From Alphaproteobacteria bacterium (GTDB lineage Bacteria > Pseudomonadota > Alphaproteobacteria > UBA2966): 64,000 bases of DNA. Positions 61,388 to 64,000 of the stretch are shown in pieces; position 1 is the stretch's first letter; each line of letters starts with the position of its first letter. The notes beneath the pieces were generated by a model, which did not search any database, had not been told where the DNA came from, and worked only from the letters and a program-made list of their open reading frames with translations. A program made the translations under genes and the position numbers. The stretch spans positions 448,001 to 512,000 of the forward strand of contig OZ219856.1 in NCBI GenBank assembly GCA_964291395.2, read 5' to 3'.

Positions 61388-62047
61388 TCACGCGTGCTCG
61401 ACCGATCCGACGATCCGGTGAATGGCGGTGACCTCCTCTGGAGGGATCTGGATCTCGGCGCGGGGATTCAGCTGTTCCAGCACGACGGAGCGGTCGTTGC
61501 GGCGCGTGAACCGCCTGACCAGGGCCTCGCCGTTCGCTTTCTGGACCACGACATAGCAGCCGCCGGTGACGGGCCGGGCCGGATTGACGTAGAGCAGTTC
61601 CAGCGCCTGATACCTGGGCTCCATGGAACCGCCGGTCATGTAGACCGCATAGGCCTGGGTGGCGCCGGCCAGCAGGGACGGCCGCGCGACGCGTTCCACG
61701 ACTTCGCCGTCGTTGAGGAGCAGGGCCTCGCTCCCGCCCCTCGCGGTACCGAGCACGGGCAGGTCGATGTCGCCGTGGACGGGGCTCTCCCGCACGCGCA
61801 TGCCGGGATCGCCGGAAGCCGCGGGCGATCCCGCGCCTGAGCGCATTGCGAGGTCGGCCTCGTCCGCGATCAGTTCGGTGGGATGGACGCCGAGGCCCGA
61901 AGCGACCCGTTCCATCCATTCCGTGGTCAGCCGGCGATCACCCCGTTCCAGCCGATGGATCTGCTGTGGCGTGGTGCCGATCCGGTCCGCGAGTCTTTGC
62001 AGTGTCAGGCCCTGGCCGCGGCGGAGTTCCTTGATCCTGTTTTTCAT
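61388..62047 (-). CDS. XRE-HTH plus S24 peptidase-domain (CI/LexA-like) repressor
   Basis: NRIKELR..LA..G..QI.RLE.G HTH; GGSMEP Ser motif; EQLNP. Confidence 0.88.
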   Translation of the reverse strand: MKNRIKELRRGQGLTLQRLADRIGTTPQQIHRLERGDRRLTTEWMERVASGLGVHPTELIADEADLAMRSGAGSPAASGDPGMRVRESPVHGDIDLPVLGTARGGSEALLLNDGEVVERVARPSLLAGATQAYAVYMTGGSMEPRYQALELLYVNPARPVTGGCYVVVQKANGEALVRRFTRRNDRSVVLEQLNPRAEIQIPPEEVTAIHRIVGSVEHA

Positions 62048-62054
62048 GATGGCG

Positions 62055-62140
62055 ATATCACCACCAATTTTTACGAGTTTCAACAAAATAATTAACAATA
62101 TACATATTTAATCACCATATTAGACATAATCACCGCTTCG
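62055..62140. promoter_or_regulatory. AT-rich promoter/operator region of the repressor
   Basis: Sharp AT enrichment; ATCACC at 62057, 62111 and 62129. Confidence 0.55.
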
Positions 62141-62260
62141 TTGCCGAACGGAACGTCAGGTGCCGGATGCCCCCGGAACGGGCCGGTCCTGTCTCTGCCG
62201 TCGGGCGGGCAGATGACTCCCTCGATCCACCGGGAGCAACGATTCGGTCGGCCGCGGCCC

Positions 62261-62495
62261 CTACCAGCGCACGGCGCTGCGCAGCATCACGCCGTGCTCG
62301 GGCGCATTGTCGTTGGCGCTCTCGCTCAGCGTGCCTTCGAGGCCCAGGGCCGCGTCGGGCGCGATGCTCCAGCGGGCGCCCGCGCGCCACGTCCGCGCGT
62401 CGTCCCCGGCGAGCCCGAGCGCCGCGTAGGGCGTCAGCGTGCCGAGGCCCGCCGGGCCGCCGAGCCCGTAGCCGATCTCGAGGCGGAGTCGCCGA
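62261..62495 (-). pseudogene. C-terminal fragment of an autotransporter-like beta-barrel
   Basis: LEIGYG..LTPY..WRAGARW..LGLEG..HGVMLRSAVRW*; amphipathic strands ending in Trp; no upstream body. Confidence 0.65.
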
Positions 62496-62699
62496 AATAG
62501 TCCGGGTATCCCAGCATGTGATCCAGCATCCTGTTTCGGTAGAGTGATGCGAGACCCCGACACGCTGAGTGCATGTGCCGGGCCACGAATGCGGTGAGGA
62601 AAGATGCGATTTGCTCGGTAAGCGGCGGAGGACCGCACCGACATTTGGCCATCGTCGCGGCCGCGCTGCTAACAGAAAATGGATCTGGCACGACTGTTG

Positions 62700-63005
62700 C
62701 TACGCAGACTGATAACGTTCGACGTCGATCTCATCGGCGCGACGTCGCATCGAATGGCTGTCGTACCAAGCTCCCATGCGCAGCAGCGTATCCATGGAAA
62801 CCCCGAAGGCCTTCTCGATCCTGAGCGCCATTTCCGGGGAGAGGCCGGCTTTCTCGTTGACGAGATCGGACAGCGTTGCCCGTCGTACTCCGAGTATGTC
62901 GGCAGCGCGGGAGACCGAGAGACCCAGTTCATCCAGAATCTCGGTACGGATGAAGCTGCCGGGGTGCGGCGGCGTCATGCCGATGTTCACTTGTTCATCG
63001 CTCAT
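62700..63005 (-). CDS. higA: HigA/VapI family antitoxin
   Basis: PPHPG, LGVRRATLS.L.N, SPEMALR. Confidence 0.9.
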   Translation of the reverse strand: MSDEQVNIGMTPPHPGSFIRTEILDELGLSVSRAADILGVRRATLSDLVNEKAGLSPEMALRIEKAFGVSMDTLLRMGAWYDSHSMRRRADEIDVERYQSA

Positions 63006-63067
63006 CGGTGGTAGTCCTTCGCATTCAGGTCGTGATTCGTGCCGTCGGTGGGACGAGCACTCGCCAG

Positions 63068-63232
63068 TCAGCGATAGTCTTCCAGATTCAGGTTCGCAAT
63101 CGTCCCATCCTCAATGTCGAAGGTGATCCGCCAGTTGCCGGAGGCGCTGATGCTCCAGGTTCCGGCCCGGTCGCCGGACAACCGATGGATGCGCCAGCCC
63201 GGAGGATCCTCAATGCCGTCCATGTCGGCAAT
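63068..63232 (-). pseudogene. 5'-truncated HigB (RelE/ParE superfamily) toxin
   Basis: PGWRIHRLSGDRAGTWSISASGNWRITF..LEDYR*; N-terminal part absent. Confidence 0.8.
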
Positions 63233-63398
63233 GTACGGTAGTGCCGTACGGTCGTCAACCGCAAGGTCGGCAGGTTGGCGCTCAGGTCAACGCCGCGAGT
63301 TTTCCGGATTCCGTTCCGAGGGCATTCCGAAGCCCATTTCGGAAGGGGTTTCTCGAAGAAGCGGGTGGACGGCGCCCTGCGGTGGCCGGTTCTCGATT

Positions 63399-63433
63399 CG
63401 CCAAGTCTCGCCTAGTCTCGCCTTGTCTCGCTT
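63399..63433 (-). repeat. 10-bp-periodic GTCTCG triplet array
   Basis: GTCTCG at 63405, 63415 and 63425; matches 5790-5824 in inverted orientation. Confidence 0.7.
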
Positions 63434-63663
63434 CACCCCCCGCACGGACGGTGCCTCGGGCGAGCCGCGGCGGACGCGGATGCCGGTGGTTCAGCCGCCC
63501 CCGTTCATGAACCGCCGGCAACCGCAGCCCAGGCAGGCTCGCGCGGTTGGGCCGCGCACGGCAGGCTCGCTTCACCGCCCGCGCGCCTCGACATGGCGCT
63601 GACCGTCCTGACCCCGGAAAGGCCGTGGCGTACCTGCAGGACCGCGCCGCCCGGCGCGTCGCG

Positions 63664-63924
63664 TCACGCAGCCTGCCGAAGCCGTTCCTGGGCTAGTTCG
63701 TAGGCCGCCTGAAGGCGCATCCAGAAGCCCGCGTCGCTCCAGCCAAGGCGCTCCAGCGCCAGCGCCATCGCCGGCGAGATCCCCGCCTTGCCGTTGAGCA
63801 GCCGCGACAGCGCCTGCCGGGTGCAGCCCAGGCGCAACGCCGCGTCCGTCACCGACAGTTCGGCCGCCTCCAAATTGTCCCGCAGTATCTCGCCCGGGTG
63901 GCAGGGGTTCAGCATCGCCATCAT
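63664..63924 (-). CDS. higA: Second HigA family antitoxin
   Basis: NPCHPGEIL, RQALSRLLNG..ISPAMAL, FWMRLQAAY. Confidence 0.9.
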   Translation of the reverse strand: MMAMLNPCHPGEILRDNLEAAELSVTDAALRLGCTRQALSRLLNGKAGISPAMALALERLGWSDAGFWMRLQAAYELAQERLRQAA

Positions 63925-63939
63925 CCGTTCCTCGTCGTA

Positions 63940-63978
63940 TCAGTGGTAGTCCACCAGGTCCACGTCGACCGCCTCGCT
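63940..63978 (-). pseudogene. HigB C-terminal stub
   Basis: EAVDVDLVDYH* just upstream of higA; the preceding codons lack the NWR.TF motif. Confidence 0.6.
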
Positions 63979-64000
63979 CGTCCCGACCCCGCATCCCGAC

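Noticed and set aside
61388-64000. Intact prophage
   Set aside because: Only a repressor and TA debris; no integrase, replication or structural genes in the window

Overview
GC-rich bacterial window, most likely an alphaproteobacterium (zinc-ribbon DinB, RpoH promoter plus CIRCE at groESL, alpha-type tRNA-Met). HipBA, HigA, DUF4143 ATPase, PhyH and autotransporter debris resemble marine or host-associated genomes; that is inference. In order, it holds the tail of a copper-oxidase cluster, mnmA, an MFS pump, tRNA-Met with a 2.6-kb integrated islet, PhyH, an FAD monooxygenase, dinB and a NYN nuclease with a two-hairpin leader RNA. It continues with two tandem GrdB/PrdB-like genes, a CoxMSL-like Mo hydroxylase operon, TauD with an ABC importer, GntR, oxoprolinase, a PLP enzyme/CoA-transferase/LLM operon, an orphan mreB paralog, tenA, groESL, hipBA and a BCCT transporter. 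It ends with an aromatic ring-cleavage cluster and a decayed repressor/toxin-antitoxin region. The main discovery is that the ORF track splits two genes (13992-15239 and 15244-16473) at an in-frame TGA. Both read V-U-P-x-C, and both carry the same 7-bp hairpin stem 11 nt after the UGA. They are therefore very likely a tandem pair of recoded selenoproteins with an extra C-terminal domain and no canonical Grd/Prd partners in the window. Next best are the putative RNA-leader/NYN toxin-antitoxin-like module, a dispersed 10-bp-periodic site array, and a ring-cleavage cluster resembling the sulfocatechol pathway. Start codons were chosen by eye and family calls rest on recognised motifs, not database searches.
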